Part shown: in pieces, positions 28,371-37,973 of the stretch | How positions within the stretch are numbered: the stretch's first letter is position 1 | Layout: each line of letters opens with the position of its first letter | Assembly (NCBI GenBank): GCA_964615625.1 | Contig: CAZTQT010000003.1 | Location: 4,379 to 68,378 of the forward strand | Length of the DNA stretch: 64,000 bases | Direction of reading: 5' to 3' | Source: an uncultured Candidatus Saccharibacteria bacterium | GTDB taxonomy: Bacteria > Patescibacteriota > WWE3 > UBA101185 > UBA10185 | Made by a program: the position numbers and the translations under genes | The notes under the pieces: model-generated | Told to the model about the DNA's origin: nothing | Seen by the model: the letters and a program-made list of their open reading frames with translations, nothing else | The model's database searches: none

Positions 28371-28799
28371 ATGGAAAAACTAACAGGAAAAAAGATGAAT
28401 ATGACACAGATCTTCTCTGATGATGGGGCTGTTACCCCTGTTACCGTTATACATTGTGAGAATTTGACAGAAGATATGGAGAATAGAGATGTTGTTGTTG
28501 TAGGAACCTCGAAGGGTAAAGGTTTCACGGGTGTTATGAAAAAATGGGGTTTTCACGGTGGGCCTGCCACTAGAGGTCAGGGGATAACTGCAAGAGCACC
28601 TGGATCTATAGGATCTCAAACACCAGGAAGAGTTTTAAAAGGTAAAAAGATGGCCGGTAGGGCAGGAAATAGTAGGGTAACTATAAAAGGTTTGAAAGTA
28701 ATGAAAGTTTTACCAAATGAAAATCAGATTATGGTGTCAGGTCCTGTTCCTGGGGCAAGAAATTCTAAAATTGAGATAGTTTTTATTGAAGGTAAATAA
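28371..28799 (+). CDS. rplC: 50S ribosomal protein L3 (compact, 142 aa)
   Basis: LTGKKMNMTQIFSDDGAVTPVTV...GTSKGKGFTGVMKKWGFHGGPATRGQ...APGSIGSQTPGRVLKGKKMAGRAGN. It lacks the roughly 70-aa internal segment of typical L3 proteins. Confidence 0.85.
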   Translation: MEKLTGKKMNMTQIFSDDGAVTPVTVIHCENLTEDMENRDVVVVGTSKGKGFTGVMKKWGFHGGPATRGQGITARAPGSIGSQTPGRVLKGKKMAGRAGNSRVTIKGLKVMKVLPNENQIMVSGPVPGARNSKIEIVFIEGK

Positions 28800-28800
28800 A

Positions 28801-29424
28801 ATGCAAGTAGATGTATTAAATCTAAAAGGTGAAAAAATAGAACAAATAGAGCTAAAAGATAGTATCTTTGATTTTGAACCTAATATGAACGTTTTGACCC
28901 AATATATTAGGGTTTACCAAATGAATCAACGACAGGGCACAGCTTCTACAAAGGACAGATCTGAAGTTTCTGGTGGTGGAGCCAAGCCTTGGAGACAGAA
29001 AGGTACTGGAAGAGCAAGACACGGATCTACAAGAAGCCCTATTTGGGTACATGGTGGTATTGCCCATGGGCCAAAACCTAAGAGTTGGAAATTATCTATT
29101 AGCAAAAGTTTAAGAGAAAATGCTTTGAAATCGGCTTTGTCCTTAAGAATGAGGGAAGGAAAAATTGTTGTAATAGATGGTTCTGATATAAAGGAGCCTA
29201 AAACGAAGATTTTTGCAGATGCTTTAGAAAAATTAAAGATTAATGGAAGAGTTATGTTTGTCTGGAATGGTGATCAAGAAAATATCGTTAGAAGTTCCAG
29301 AAATATACCAGAAGTATTTTTAGTAAATTCAGATAGTTTGAATGCCTACGATGTTGTAAAGACCCCGACAGTTTTATTTTTAAAGGATGCAGTATTAAAG
29401 GTTCAAGAAAGGTTTTCTAAATGA
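28801..29424 (+). CDS. rplD: 50S ribosomal protein L4
   Basis: MQVDVLNLKGEKIEQIEL...GGGAKPWRQKGTGRARHGSTRSPIWVHGG. Confidence 0.9.
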   Translation: MQVDVLNLKGEKIEQIELKDSIFDFEPNMNVLTQYIRVYQMNQRQGTASTKDRSEVSGGGAKPWRQKGTGRARHGSTRSPIWVHGGIAHGPKPKSWKLSISKSLRENALKSALSLRMREGKIVVIDGSDIKEPKTKIFADALEKLKINGRVMFVWNGDQENIVRSSRNIPEVFLVNSDSLNAYDVVKTPTVLFLKDAVLKVQERFSK

Positions 29425-29714
29425 GATTAAGCAAGTCTATTATAGAACCAATAGTAACAGAGAAATCATATGACCATTCTGCTTATGGGAGATATGTTTT
29501 TAAAGTTGCTATGAGTGCTACAAAAGGTGCTATAAAAGATGAAATGAAAGATGTATATGGTGTAGATGTCACAGAAGTAAAAACTGTTATAATGCCTGGA
29601 AAATCTTCTAGAATAGGTAAAACAAGAGAATTCTCTACACCTAGAAGATGGAAAAAGGCTGTAGTCAGATTAAAAGAAGGCCAAAGTATTGATTTATTTC
29701 CTAAGGATAAATAA
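29421..29714 (+). CDS. rplW: 50S ribosomal protein L23
   Basis: 97 aa in the conserved S10-operon position. Confidence 0.85.
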   Translation: MRLSKSIIEPIVTEKSYDHSAYGRYVFKVAMSATKGAIKDEMKDVYGVDVTEVKTVIMPGKSSRIGKTREFSTPRRWKKAVVRLKEGQSIDLFPKDK

Positions 29715-29726
29715 CGGAGATAATAA

Positions 29727-30560
29727 ATGATTAAAACATATAAACCTACAAGTGAAGGGCTTAGAACAAGAAAAACCTTAGTAAAGGGAGTTGATGATGT
29801 TAGACCTTTAAAATCTTTAACTAAAGGAAAAAATGCTACAGCAGGTAGAGTCAGAGGTAAGATAACGTCAAGACATAAGCAAAGGGGTGCGAAAAAACTT
29901 TATAGAATAATAGATTTCAAAAGAGATAAGTATGATATTCCAGCAAAAGTAGTTAGTATACAAAATGATCCAAACAGAGGTCCTAATATAGCACTTTTAT
30001 CTTATGCAGATGGTGAAAAGAGGTATATAATAGCTCCCGAAGGTTTAGAGATAGGCACTACCGTAATGTCCGGAGAAAGTGCTGATATTGCAGTTGGGAA
30101 CAGCGTCCCTATGTCTAAAATACCTCTTGGGATGTCAATTCATAATATAGAGATCAATCCTAAAGCTGGGGCCAGACTTTGCAGAGGAGCTGGAAATCAG
30201 GCTCAAATTATTGCAAAAGAGGGAGAATATGTTAACGTAAAGCTTCCTAGTGGCGAGGTTAAGAGAATTAGAAGCGTTTGCTATGCCACCATAGGTGTAA
30301 TAGGAAATGCTGATAAGAGAAATATTGATTTAGGAAAAGCTGGAAGAAAGAGATACTTGGGAAGAAGACCTCATGTTAGAGGTGTTGCTATGGGAGATCC
30401 CCATAGAGATCACCCACATGCTGGTAAATACGGCACATCTGGTATTGGTATGGTAGCTCCTGTATCTCCGTGGGGATGGAAAACTAAAGGTGTTAAAACC
30501 AGAAAGAGAGCTAAAACTGATTACACTATAGTTAGTAGGAGAAAGGGTAAAAAGAAGTAA
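29727..30560 (+). CDS. rplB: 50S ribosomal protein L2
   Basis: GRN..G.IT.RH.....KK.YRIIDFKR...GDPHRDHPHAGKYGTSG. Confidence 0.9.
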   Translation: MIKTYKPTSEGLRTRKTLVKGVDDVRPLKSLTKGKNATAGRVRGKITSRHKQRGAKKLYRIIDFKRDKYDIPAKVVSIQNDPNRGPNIALLSYADGEKRYIIAPEGLEIGTTVMSGESADIAVGNSVPMSKIPLGMSIHNIEINPKAGARLCRGAGNQAQIIAKEGEYVNVKLPSGEVKRIRSVCYATIGVIGNADKRNIDLGKAGRKRYLGRRPHVRGVAMGDPHRDHPHAGKYGTSGIGMVAPVSPWGWKTKGVKTRKRAKTDYTIVSRRKGKKK

Positions 30561-30579
30561 TTTCTTATAAAGGATTAAT

Positions 30580-30852
30580 ATGTCTAGATCACTAAAAAAA
30601 GGAATATACGTAGACGAAAAATTAATGAAAAAAGTGGAAAAAGCCTTGGCAAGCGGTGATAGGAATCCTATAAAAACATGGTCAAGAAGATCTACAATAA
30701 TACCTGAAATGGTTGGGTTAACATTTGAAGTTTACAACGGAAAGAAGCATATTCCGTTTTTTGTTACGGAATCTATGGTAGGCCATAAACTAGGTGAGTT
30801 CTCCCCCACAAGAACGTTTAGGGCGCACTCATCTAAGAAAGGAACCGAATGA
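30580..30852 (+). CDS. rpsS: 30S ribosomal protein S19
   Basis: [20 protein letters not shown]...[30 protein letters not shown]. Confidence 0.9.
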   Translation: MSRSLKKGIYVDEKLMKKVEKALASGDRNPIKTWSRRSTIIPEMVGLTFEVYNGKKHIPFFVTESMVGHKLGEFSPTRTFRAHSSKKGTE

Positions 30853-31199
30853 TAGACGTTAAAGTTACAGCAAAACACATGGGGGCAAGAATATCACCAA
30901 AAAAGGTGGCCATAGTTTTGGATTTGGTAAGAGGAAAAGATTTAGAAAGTGCTAAGAGAATATTAGCTTTTGATAGAAGCAAAGCAGGGAAGATAGTTTT
31001 AAAAGTAGTAAAATCTGCAGAAGCAAATGCAGTAAACAATAATAAGATGGATAAGGATAAATTATTTATAAAAAGAATATGGGTTAGCGAAGGCCCTATG
31101 CAGAAAAGGATGAGTCCTGGGGCTAAAGGAAGAGTTGATCCTATTTTGAAAAGATATAGTCATATTTATGTAAGTTTAGATGAAAGGGTTGAAAAATAA
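30849..31199 (+). CDS. rplV: 50S ribosomal protein L22
   Basis: 116 aa in the conserved position; [23 protein letters not shown]. Confidence 0.85.
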   Translation: MIDVKVTAKHMGARISPKKVAIVLDLVRGKDLESAKRILAFDRSKAGKIVLKVVKSAEANAVNNNKMDKDKLFIKRIWVSEGPMQKRMSPGAKGRVDPILKRYSHIYVSLDERVEK

Positions 31200-31834
31200 T
31201 GGGGCAGAAGATAAATCCTGTAGGATATAGAGTTGGAATATCAAAAAACTGGGGTTCCAGATGGTTTGCCTCTAAAAAAGATTACGCCAATCTTTTAATT
31301 GAGGATAAAAAGATAAGAGATTTATTGTCCGAGAGGTTGAGCAGTGCTGGTTTGAAAAATGTTGAAATAGAAAGAACAGAAAATGAGGTAAGTGTTTTGA
31401 TAAAAGTTTCAAAGCCGGGGGTTGTTATTGGAAGAGGTGGTACAGGAGTGGAGGAAATTGAAAAAGAAATAAAAAAGATAACTAAGGGTAAAGTGAAAAT
31501 AACAGCAGAAGGGGTAAAATCTTCTGAAACCGAAGCCCAGCTTGTAGCTGATTACATATGCAGACAATTAAAAAGAAGAGTTCCTTATAGAAGAGTTATT
31601 AATTTTGCCTTGAGTTCTGCTATAGATAAGGGTGCAAAAGGTATAAAGATTAGATTAGCTGGAGTTTTGAGTGGAAGTAATACAATATCAAGGTCAGAAA
31701 CATACAAAGAGGGTTCTGTACCAGCACAAACTTTAAGAGCAGACATAGATTTTGCTCAAGTCCATTGTCAAATGATTTTTGGGACAATTGGAATAAAAGT
31801 ATGGATTTATAAGGGAGAAGTAACACTTAAATAG
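31199..31834 (+). CDS. rpsC: 30S ribosomal protein S3
   Basis: [24 protein letters not shown]... with a KH domain. Confidence 0.9.
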   Translation: MGQKINPVGYRVGISKNWGSRWFASKKDYANLLIEDKKIRDLLSERLSSAGLKNVEIERTENEVSVLIKVSKPGVVIGRGGTGVEEIEKEIKKITKGKVKITAEGVKSSETEAQLVADYICRQLKRRVPYRRVINFALSSAIDKGAKGIKIRLAGVLSGSNTISRSETYKEGSVPAQTLRADIDFAQVHCQMIFGTIGIKVWIYKGEVTLK

Positions 31835-31846
31835 TGAGGAAATATT

Positions 31847-32260
31847 ATGTTGTTGATGCCTAGAAAAGTAAAATTTAGGAGACAGCAAAGAGGTACTAAT
31901 AAAGGTATCTCTGTAAGAGGATCCGAAATAGCTTTTGGAGATTTTGGATTAAAGGTAGTTGATAGATGTCTTCTGTCTTCTAGGCAATTAGAATCAGCAA
32001 GAAAAGCTATTTCTCATGCAACAAAAAGAGGTGGGAAACTTTGGATAAGAGCTTTTCCTGATAAGCCTGTTGCTAAAAAACCTAATGAAACAAGAATGGG
32101 TAGTGGTAAGTCTCCTACAGATCATTACTCTGCTCTTGTTAAGCCCGGTAAAATAATTTTTGAATTAGCTGGTGTTACAGAAGATTTAGCTAAAAAGGCT
32201 TTTGCAAAGGCCTCAGCAAAATTACCTGTGAAGACTAAGTTTGTTAGAAAGGAAATGTAA
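31847..32260 (+). CDS. rplP: 50S ribosomal protein L16
   Basis: MLLMPRKVKFRRQQRG...GKLWIRAFPDKPV. Confidence 0.9.
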   Translation: MLLMPRKVKFRRQQRGTNKGISVRGSEIAFGDFGLKVVDRCLLSSRQLESARKAISHATKRGGKLWIRAFPDKPVAKKPNETRMGSGKSPTDHYSALVKPGKIIFELAGVTEDLAKKAFAKASAKLPVKTKFVRKEM

Positions 32261-32463
32261 TGTTGGATATTACCGAGCTTAGAAAAAAGAATATAGACGA
32301 TTTGAAAAAGGAGTTAGAAAAGATAAAGAAAGATAAACAAAAGGTTGTAGCTGATGTCTTACAAAAAAAGGAAAAAAATGTTAAAAAAGCAAGTCTGATG
32401 AAAAAGGATATTGCTAGAATCCAAACTGTGTTAAATGAAAAATTAAGTGAGGGTAAAAAATGA
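32260..32463 (+). CDS. rpmC: 50S ribosomal protein L29
   Basis: 67 aa, helical, in the conserved position between rplP and rpsQ. Confidence 0.8.
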   Translation: MLDITELRKKNIDDLKKELEKIKKDKQKVVADVLQKKEKNVKKASLMKKDIARIQTVLNEKLSEGKK

Positions 32464-32708
32464 GCGTAAAAATACTAAAAGGAAAAATAATATCTAATAA
32501 AATGGATAAGACAGTAGTGATTGCTGTAGATAGATCAAAAAGACATCCTATATACGGAAAGAAATATAGAAATACAAAAAAGATAAAAGCTAGAGATGAT
32601 TTAGGACTATCAGTAGGAGATTTTGTAACTATAGAGGAATGTAAGCCTTTTAGCAAAGAAGTTTCTTTTAAGGTGATAGGTAAAATCACTGATAAGGAGG
32701 AAATTTAA
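32460..32708 (+). CDS. rpsQ: 30S ribosomal protein S17
   Basis: GKIISNKMDKTVVIAVDRSKRHPIYGKKYRNTKKIKARDD...GDFVTIEECKPFSKEVSFKV. Confidence 0.9.
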   Translation: MSVKILKGKIISNKMDKTVVIAVDRSKRHPIYGKKYRNTKKIKARDDLGLSVGDFVTIEECKPFSKEVSFKVIGKITDKEEI

Positions 32709-32709
32709 A

Positions 32710-33075
32710 GTGTTACCAATTGGTGCATATTTAAAACCAGCTGATAACTCTGGTGCCATAATGTTGAAGATAGTTGGTATTCCAGGTTCCAATAAAAGAC
32801 AAGCCAGACTTGGTGATATCGTGACAGTTGTCGTTAAAGGAGCTTCTTCTACAGGTGTTTTAAAAGATCATAGTATAGCTAAAGCAATAATTATAAGAAC
32901 TAGAAAAGAAGTAAGAAGAAAAGATGGTAGTTACATAAGATTTGATGATAACGCTGCAATAGTTATAGATAAAGATAAAAATATGGTTGGAACTAGAGTT
33001 TTTGGGCCTGTAGCAAGGGAAATAAGAGATAAAGGTTATACAAAAATGGTTTCTTTAGCTAAGGAGGTTCTATAA
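32710..33075 (+). CDS. rplN: 50S ribosomal protein L14 (GTG start)
   Basis: KPADNSGA...NAAIVID...GTRVFGPVAREIR. Confidence 0.9.
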   Translation: MLPIGAYLKPADNSGAIMLKIVGIPGSNKRQARLGDIVTVVVKGASSTGVLKDHSIAKAIIIRTRKEVRRKDGSYIRFDDNAAIVIDKDKNMVGTRVFGPVAREIRDKGYTKMVSLAKEVL

Positions 33076-33393
33076 ATGAGGATTAGAAAAGACGATAAAG
33101 TAAAAATAATATTAGGTAAAGACAGAGGTAAGATAGCTAAAGTATTAAAAGTTATAAACTCTGAGAATAAAATTGTTGTTGAAGGTGTGAACGTGGTTAA
33201 AAGACATGTTAAACCAGGGGCAGTGTCAAAAGAAGGGGGAATAATAAGTATAGAAAAACCTATAGATGTTTCTAACGTTATGTATTATGATGAGTCCTCA
33301 AAAAAGACAGTAAGAGTTGGATATAAGATGATAGATGGTAAAAAATATAGAGTTTCTAAGAAAACTGGCGATGTTTTAGATAAAAAGATATGA
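33076..33393 (+). CDS. rplX: 50S ribosomal protein L24
   Basis: MRIRKDDKVKIILGKDRGKIAKVLKV...KRHVKP. KOW motif. Confidence 0.85.
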   Translation: MRIRKDDKVKIILGKDRGKIAKVLKVINSENKIVVEGVNVVKRHVKPGAVSKEGGIISIEKPIDVSNVMYYDESSKKTVRVGYKMIDGKKYRVSKKTGDVLDKKI

Positions 33394-33950
33394 ACAGATT
33401 AAAAGAAGAATATAAAAATAGAATAGCTGAGGAAATAAAAAAAGAATTTAAACTTCAAAATGTAATGGAAGTTACAGGTATTGAAAAAATAAGTGTAAAT
33501 TCTGGAATAGGTCCTTTTAGAGAAAACAAAGAAGCTGTTGATTCTTTTGCTGAAGAGCTATCTGAAATATGCGGACAGAAGGTATTTGAAAGAAAAGCTA
33601 GAAAATCTGAAGCTGGTTTTAAAATAAGAGAAGGGGATGTTGTTGGTTTTGCAGTAACTTTAAGAGGTGATAGGATGTGGGCATTTTTGGATAAACTAAT
33701 TAATATAGCCTTTCCAAGAATAAGAGATTTTAGAGGTTTTAGCCCAGATTCCTTTGATCAGAATGGTAACTATTCTGTTGGGATAAGAGAACATGTTATA
33801 TTTCCTGAAGTAAATCCTAACACCACTAAAGGGATAAGAAGTCTACAAGTGACAATAGTTTTTAGTGGTAAAGATATAGAACAAAATAGATTTTTACTTA
33901 AAAAGTTGAATTTTCCGTTTTCTGAGGTTATAGTGGCACAGGATAAATAG
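33390..33950 (+). CDS. rplE: 50S ribosomal protein L5
   Basis: 186 aa in the conserved spc position; [26 protein letters not shown]. Confidence 0.9.
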   Translation: MNRLKEEYKNRIAEEIKKEFKLQNVMEVTGIEKISVNSGIGPFRENKEAVDSFAEELSEICGQKVFERKARKSEAGFKIREGDVVGFAVTLRGDRMWAFLDKLINIAFPRIRDFRGFSPDSFDQNGNYSVGIREHVIFPEVNPNTTKGIRSLQVTIVFSGKDIEQNRFLLKKLNFPFSEVIVAQDK

Positions 33951-33957
33951 GTTAATT

Positions 33958-34143
33958 ATGGCGAAAGAAGCTTTAATACAAAAAAATAAAAAGGAACAAA
34001 AATTTTCTTCCAGAGAATATAATAGATGTTCTGTGTGTGGAAACCCAAGAGGTTACATGAGAAGGTTTAAGATATGTAGAAAATGTTTTAGGGAAATGGC
34101 TCACAAAGGGGAACTTCCCGGAGTAAGAAAGGCAAGCTGGTAA
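33958..34143 (+). CDS. rpsN: 30S ribosomal protein S14, Zn-ribbon (type Z)
   Basis: 61 aa with [23 protein letters not shown]. Confidence 0.9.
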   Translation: MAKEALIQKNKKEQKFSSREYNRCSVCGNPRGYMRRFKICRKCFREMAHKGELPGVRKASW

Positions 34144-34145
34144 AT

Positions 34146-34544
34146 ATGAGTATAGATAGAACATCCAACATGATAAGCTCTCTTAAAAATAGTGCTATGG
34201 CAGACAGAAGTGTTTTGGAATTGCCTCATACAATTGAGTGTGAGTCTATTGCCAAGGTCTTGAAAGATTGTGGTTTTATAGAAGAAGTTAAGGTTTTTAA
34301 AGAAGAAAATAGTAAGTCAAAAATGTTGGGGTTAACTTTATCAAGAGAAGATGGTGTTATAAGACTTTCTCATGCCAAGAGAATATCTAAGCCAGGTAGA
34401 AGGATTTATAGAAAATCGGAAGAATTAAGACCTGTTCTTCAGGGAATGGGTGTTTTGGTTGTCTCCACTTCCAGAGGAATTATGGATGGAAGAGAGGCTA
34501 AAAAGAAAAAATTAGGTGGAGAAGTTTTGTGCGAGGTTTATTAA
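34146..34544 (+). CDS. rpsH: 30S ribosomal protein S8
   Basis: 132 aa in the conserved position; ends GGEVLCEVY. Confidence 0.9.
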   Translation: MSIDRTSNMISSLKNSAMADRSVLELPHTIECESIAKVLKDCGFIEEVKVFKEENSKSKMLGLTLSREDGVIRLSHAKRISKPGRRIYRKSEELRPVLQGMGVLVVSTSRGIMDGREAKKKKLGGEVLCEVY

Positions 34545-34547
34545 AAT

Positions 34548-35108
34548 ATGAGTAGAATAGGAAAAGCACCAATTGAAATACCACAAGGAGTAACCGTAGA
34601 AATGAACGGTAGTGATGTCGTGGTAAAAGGTCCAAAGGGGGAAATGTCTTTGAAAATTGTAGATGATGTGGTTTTAAAAAAGGATGATAATTCTTTAACA
34701 ATTGAGATGGTAGGAAAGAAAAAAGACTCTCCTGCTAAGTGGGGCATGACCAGGGCTATAATTGCCAATATGATAAAAGGTGTTACAGAGCCTTTTGAGA
34801 AGAAATTAGAGCTTGTTGGTGTTGGTTATAGAGCAAAACAGGTATCTAATAATGAGATATCTTTAACAGTAGGTTTTTCTCATCCCGTTACTTTTGTTTC
34901 TCCAAAAGGTGTGGATTTAAAGGTTGAAGATAACACTCATATAACTGTTTCTGGGATTGATAAGCATCTAGTGGGTTTGGTTGCAGCAAATATTAGAAAG
35001 ATAAGAAAGCCGGAACCGTATAAAGGGAAAGGTATAAAATATGAAAACGAAGTTATAAGAAGAAAAGCTGGTAAGGCAGGAAAAGTTGGATCAGGAGGAG
35101 CTGCTTAA
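34548..35108 (+). CDS. rplF: 50S ribosomal protein L6
   Basis: MSRIGKAPIEIPQGVTVEMNGSDVVVKGPKGEMSL. Confidence 0.9.
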   Translation: MSRIGKAPIEIPQGVTVEMNGSDVVVKGPKGEMSLKIVDDVVLKKDDNSLTIEMVGKKKDSPAKWGMTRAIIANMIKGVTEPFEKKLELVGVGYRAKQVSNNEISLTVGFSHPVTFVSPKGVDLKVEDNTHITVSGIDKHLVGLVAANIRKIRKPEPYKGKGIKYENEVIRRKAGKAGKVGSGGAA

Positions 35109-35110
35109 AA

Positions 35111-35470
35111 ATGTATCACGTAATTAAAAGAAAAACTAAAAGAGAAAGAAGAAAGCTAAGTATAAGATCTAAGGTATTTGGAACATCAGAGACACCTAGA
35201 TTGTCTGTTTTTAGATCTAATAACTATATATACGCTCAGATTATTGATGATAGCAAGGATAATACTTTGGTGGAATTTTCATCAAAGAAGCTTGAAAACA
35301 AAAAAGGGGTAACTAAAACACAAGAAGCTTTTGAAGTTGGAAAAGAGATTGCTAAAAGAGCTTTAGAGAAAAATGTTAAGAGTGTAGTTTTTGATAGAAG
35401 TGGTTATAGATACCATGGGCGTGTAAAATCTCTTGCAGAAGGTGCCAGAGATGGGGGTTTGAAATTATGA
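35111..35470 (+). CDS. rplR: 50S ribosomal protein L18
   Basis: [25 protein letters not shown]. Confidence 0.9.
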   Translation: MYHVIKRKTKRERRKLSIRSKVFGTSETPRLSVFRSNNYIYAQIIDDSKDNTLVEFSSKKLENKKGVTKTQEAFEVGKEIAKRALEKNVKSVVFDRSGYRYHGRVKSLAEGARDGGLKL

Positions 35471-35985
35471 AAAAAGAAGAAAAGAAAAAAATAGAAGACA
35501 GAAAAGAGAATAAAAAAGAAGAGAAAAAGAAAGATATTTCTGTTAAACCAGCTAAGATAACTGAGTTTGAGGAAAAAATAATAGAAATAAAAAGAGTTTC
35601 TAAAAAAGTAAAGGGTGGTAACACAATAGGTTTTACTGTTCTTGTTGTCGTGGGTGATAGAGATGGTAGGGTCGGATATGGGTATGGGAAGGCCCTTAAT
35701 GTTGCTGATGCTATAGGTAAAGCAGTATCTTCTGCCAAAAAGAATACCTACTCAATTAAAATGGAAGGAAAAACAATATTTCATCAAGTTGAGGCTAAGG
35801 TTGGGGCATCTAAAGTTTTGTTAAAACCCGCTCCCGAAGGTGCTGGGGTTATAGCAGGGGGTTCTGTTAGAACAGTTTTAGAACTTGCAGGTATTAGAGA
35901 TATTTCATCAAAAGTATTAGGTTCAAATAATAAGCTTTTAAATGTCAGATGCACCTTAAAGGCTTTAAAAAAATTAAAGAAATAA
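35467..35985 (+). CDS. rpsE: 30S ribosomal protein S5 with a K/E-rich N-terminal extension
   Basis: [43 protein letters not shown]. About 30 extra N-terminal residues ([22 protein letters not shown]). Confidence 0.9.
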   Translation: MKKEEKKKIEDRKENKKEEKKKDISVKPAKITEFEEKIIEIKRVSKKVKGGNTIGFTVLVVVGDRDGRVGYGYGKALNVADAIGKAVSSAKKNTYSIKMEGKTIFHQVEAKVGASKVLLKPAPEGAGVIAGGSVRTVLELAGIRDISSKVLGSNNKLLNVRCTLKALKKLKK

Positions 35986-35986
35986 T

Positions 35987-36430
35987 ATGGTTTTGAGTAA
36001 TCTTAATAAACTTAATGATCGTAAAAAAAGCAAAAGAGTTGGTAGAGGTATAGGTAGTGGTAAGGGCGGTCACACAGTAGGGAAAGGTCAGAAAGGTCAA
36101 AAGTCTAGGCAAGGAGTAAAACCAAGGATCGGTTTTGAGGGCGGTCAATCTCCATTGTATAAAAAATTACCTAAGTTAGGTGGTTTTAAAAACCCAGCAT
36201 CTAAAAAATATGTTTCAATTAATCTTGATGTTTTAAATAAGTTTAAGGATGGTGAAGAAGTAACAGTTGCAAAGTTGGTAGAAAAGAAAGTTATAAAATC
36301 TGTACCAGCAGGTGGCGTGAAAATACTATCAACTGGTGAGATAAAGAAAAAAGTAGTTATAAAGGACCTTAAATATTCGCAAAAAGCTAAAGAAAAGATT
36401 GAAAGTTTCGGTGCTACTATAAATGCTTAA
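35987..36430 (+). CDS. rplO: 50S ribosomal protein L15
   Basis: LNDRKKSKRVGRGIGSGKGGHTVGKGQKGQKSRQGVKPRIGFEGGQSPLYKKLPK. It starts 2 nt after the rpsE stop, so there is no room for an L30 gene. Confidence 0.9.
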   Translation: MVLSNLNKLNDRKKSKRVGRGIGSGKGGHTVGKGQKGQKSRQGVKPRIGFEGGQSPLYKKLPKLGGFKNPASKKYVSINLDVLNKFKDGEEVTVAKLVEKKVIKSVPAGGVKILSTGEIKKKVVIKDLKYSQKAKEKIESFGATINA

Positions 36431-37679
36431 AATACTTAAACTTCCTGAATTAAGGAAGAAAATAATTTTTACATTATTTATTATTTCTATATTTAGGTTG
36501 TTGGCTCATATACCTGTTCCTGGGGTTGACTCATCCTCTATTAAATCTTATTTAGAGCAAAGTGTGTTTTTTGGATTTTTTAATTTATTTAGTGGCGGCG
36601 GTTTTCAGAATTTTTCAATTGTCACTCTTGGGTTAGGGCCTTATATCAATGCTTCAATTATAATTCAACTTTTAACAATGTTAATCCCGTCATTAGAAGA
36701 GATGTCCAAAGAAGGAGAATATGGTCAGGAAAAGATAAATATGTATACAAAACTTTTATCTGTTCCAATGGCTTTTGTTCAGTCCTATGGTATCTACTTT
36801 TTATTAAGTAGGCAGGGGATAATAAATACCCTCTATTCCTTTGATCTTGTAATACTTATATTGACTTTTACTGCTGGCACATTACTTCTTGTTTGGTTGG
36901 GAGATTTATTGACCGAACACGGTATAGGGAATGGAATCTCAATGCTTATATTTGTATCAATAATAAGCAGATTGCCTGCAGGTATTTTAAGTGTTTTGGC
37001 TGGTATATCATCCTCAAGTTATTTAAATGTGATTATTATGTTGGTTCTGATGTTACTCATAATAGTTGCTGTAGTTTTAGTAAATGAGGGAACTAGAAAT
37101 ATACTTATAGAATACGGTAGAAGAGGTGAAAGATCCCAGAAAGTAACCAATTATTTGCCTATAAAAATAAATCAAGCAGGTGTAATTCCAATAATATTTG
37201 CCGTTTCTTTAGTTTCAATACCAAGAATGATAGGAGGACCTTTGGCTGCGTCTGGAAAAGCATCTTTAATTGGTTTAGGAAATTTTCTGATTAATACATT
37301 TGAAAGCACATCTTTAACTTATAATCTTGTTTACTTTCTCTTAGTTGTAGGTTTTACATTTGTTTATACTTTTATACAGTTTAACCCTGACAAAATAGCT
37401 GATGATATTAAAAAGAGAGGGGGTTTTATACCTGGGGTTAGACCAGGAACATCTACATCTCAGTATTTAAAGAGAATCGTTTCTAGAACAACTTTAGCAG
37501 GATCTTTGTTCTTAGGATTGGTTGCTATAACGCCGTATCTTATGAATTTTATATTTGGATCTCAAGCTATAGACATAGGAGGCACAAGTTTGCTTATAGT
37601 AGTATCGGTTGTTCTTGAAACCGTAAGGCAAATAGAGTCCCTCACTGTCACTAGAAGTTATGAGAAATTTTTAGGCTAA
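36423..37679 (+). CDS. secY: Preprotein translocase subunit SecY
   Basis: 418 aa with 10 TM helices, in the conserved position after rplO. Confidence 0.9.
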   Translation: MLKILKLPELRKKIIFTLFIISIFRLLAHIPVPGVDSSSIKSYLEQSVFFGFFNLFSGGGFQNFSIVTLGLGPYINASIIIQLLTMLIPSLEEMSKEGEYGQEKINMYTKLLSVPMAFVQSYGIYFLLSRQGIINTLYSFDLVILILTFTAGTLLLVWLGDLLTEHGIGNGISMLIFVSIISRLPAGILSVLAGISSSSYLNVIIMLVLMLLIIVAVVLVNEGTRNILIEYGRRGERSQKVTNYLPIKINQAGVIPIIFAVSLVSIPRMIGGPLAASGKASLIGLGNFLINTFESTSLTYNLVYFLLVVGFTFVYTFIQFNPDKIADDIKKRGGFIPGVRPGTSTSQYLKRIVSRTTLAGSLFLGLVAITPYLMNFIFGSQAIDIGGTSLLIVVSVVLETVRQIESLTVTRSYEKFLG

Positions 37680-37702
37680 TACTAATCTGATACAATATTT
37701 CT

Positions 37703-37969
37703 ATGTTTGATAAAATAAAAGAATTAAATAGACTTAAACAGGCTCAGAGTAAAATAAAAAAGCAAATGGAGGAGATATCGGCAACTAGGGAAAAGGATGG
37801 TATTAAAATCGTCGTTAGGGGTGATAAAAAAATACAAAGACTTGAAATAGATGGAGAAGATCAGAGAGACTTAAAAGATCTGATAAACAATACTTTTGGA
37901 GACGTTGATAAGAAAGTGGAGAAACAAATGAGAGGTCAGTTAAAGGATTTAGGTCTTCCCGACTTTTAG
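37703..37969 (+). CDS. ybaB: YbaB/EbfC-family nucleoid-associated protein
   Basis: 88 aa. MFDKIKELNRLKQAQSKIKKQMEEI...IKIVVRGDKKIQRLEIDGE...LKDLINNTFGD...LGLPDF matches the YbaB pattern (LMKQAQ.MQ, V.IDP, LEDL, P.GF). Confidence 0.65.
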   Translation: MFDKIKELNRLKQAQSKIKKQMEEISATREKDGIKIVVRGDKKIQRLEIDGEDQRDLKDLINNTFGDVDKKVEKQMRGQLKDLGLPDF

Positions 37970-37973
37970 AATT

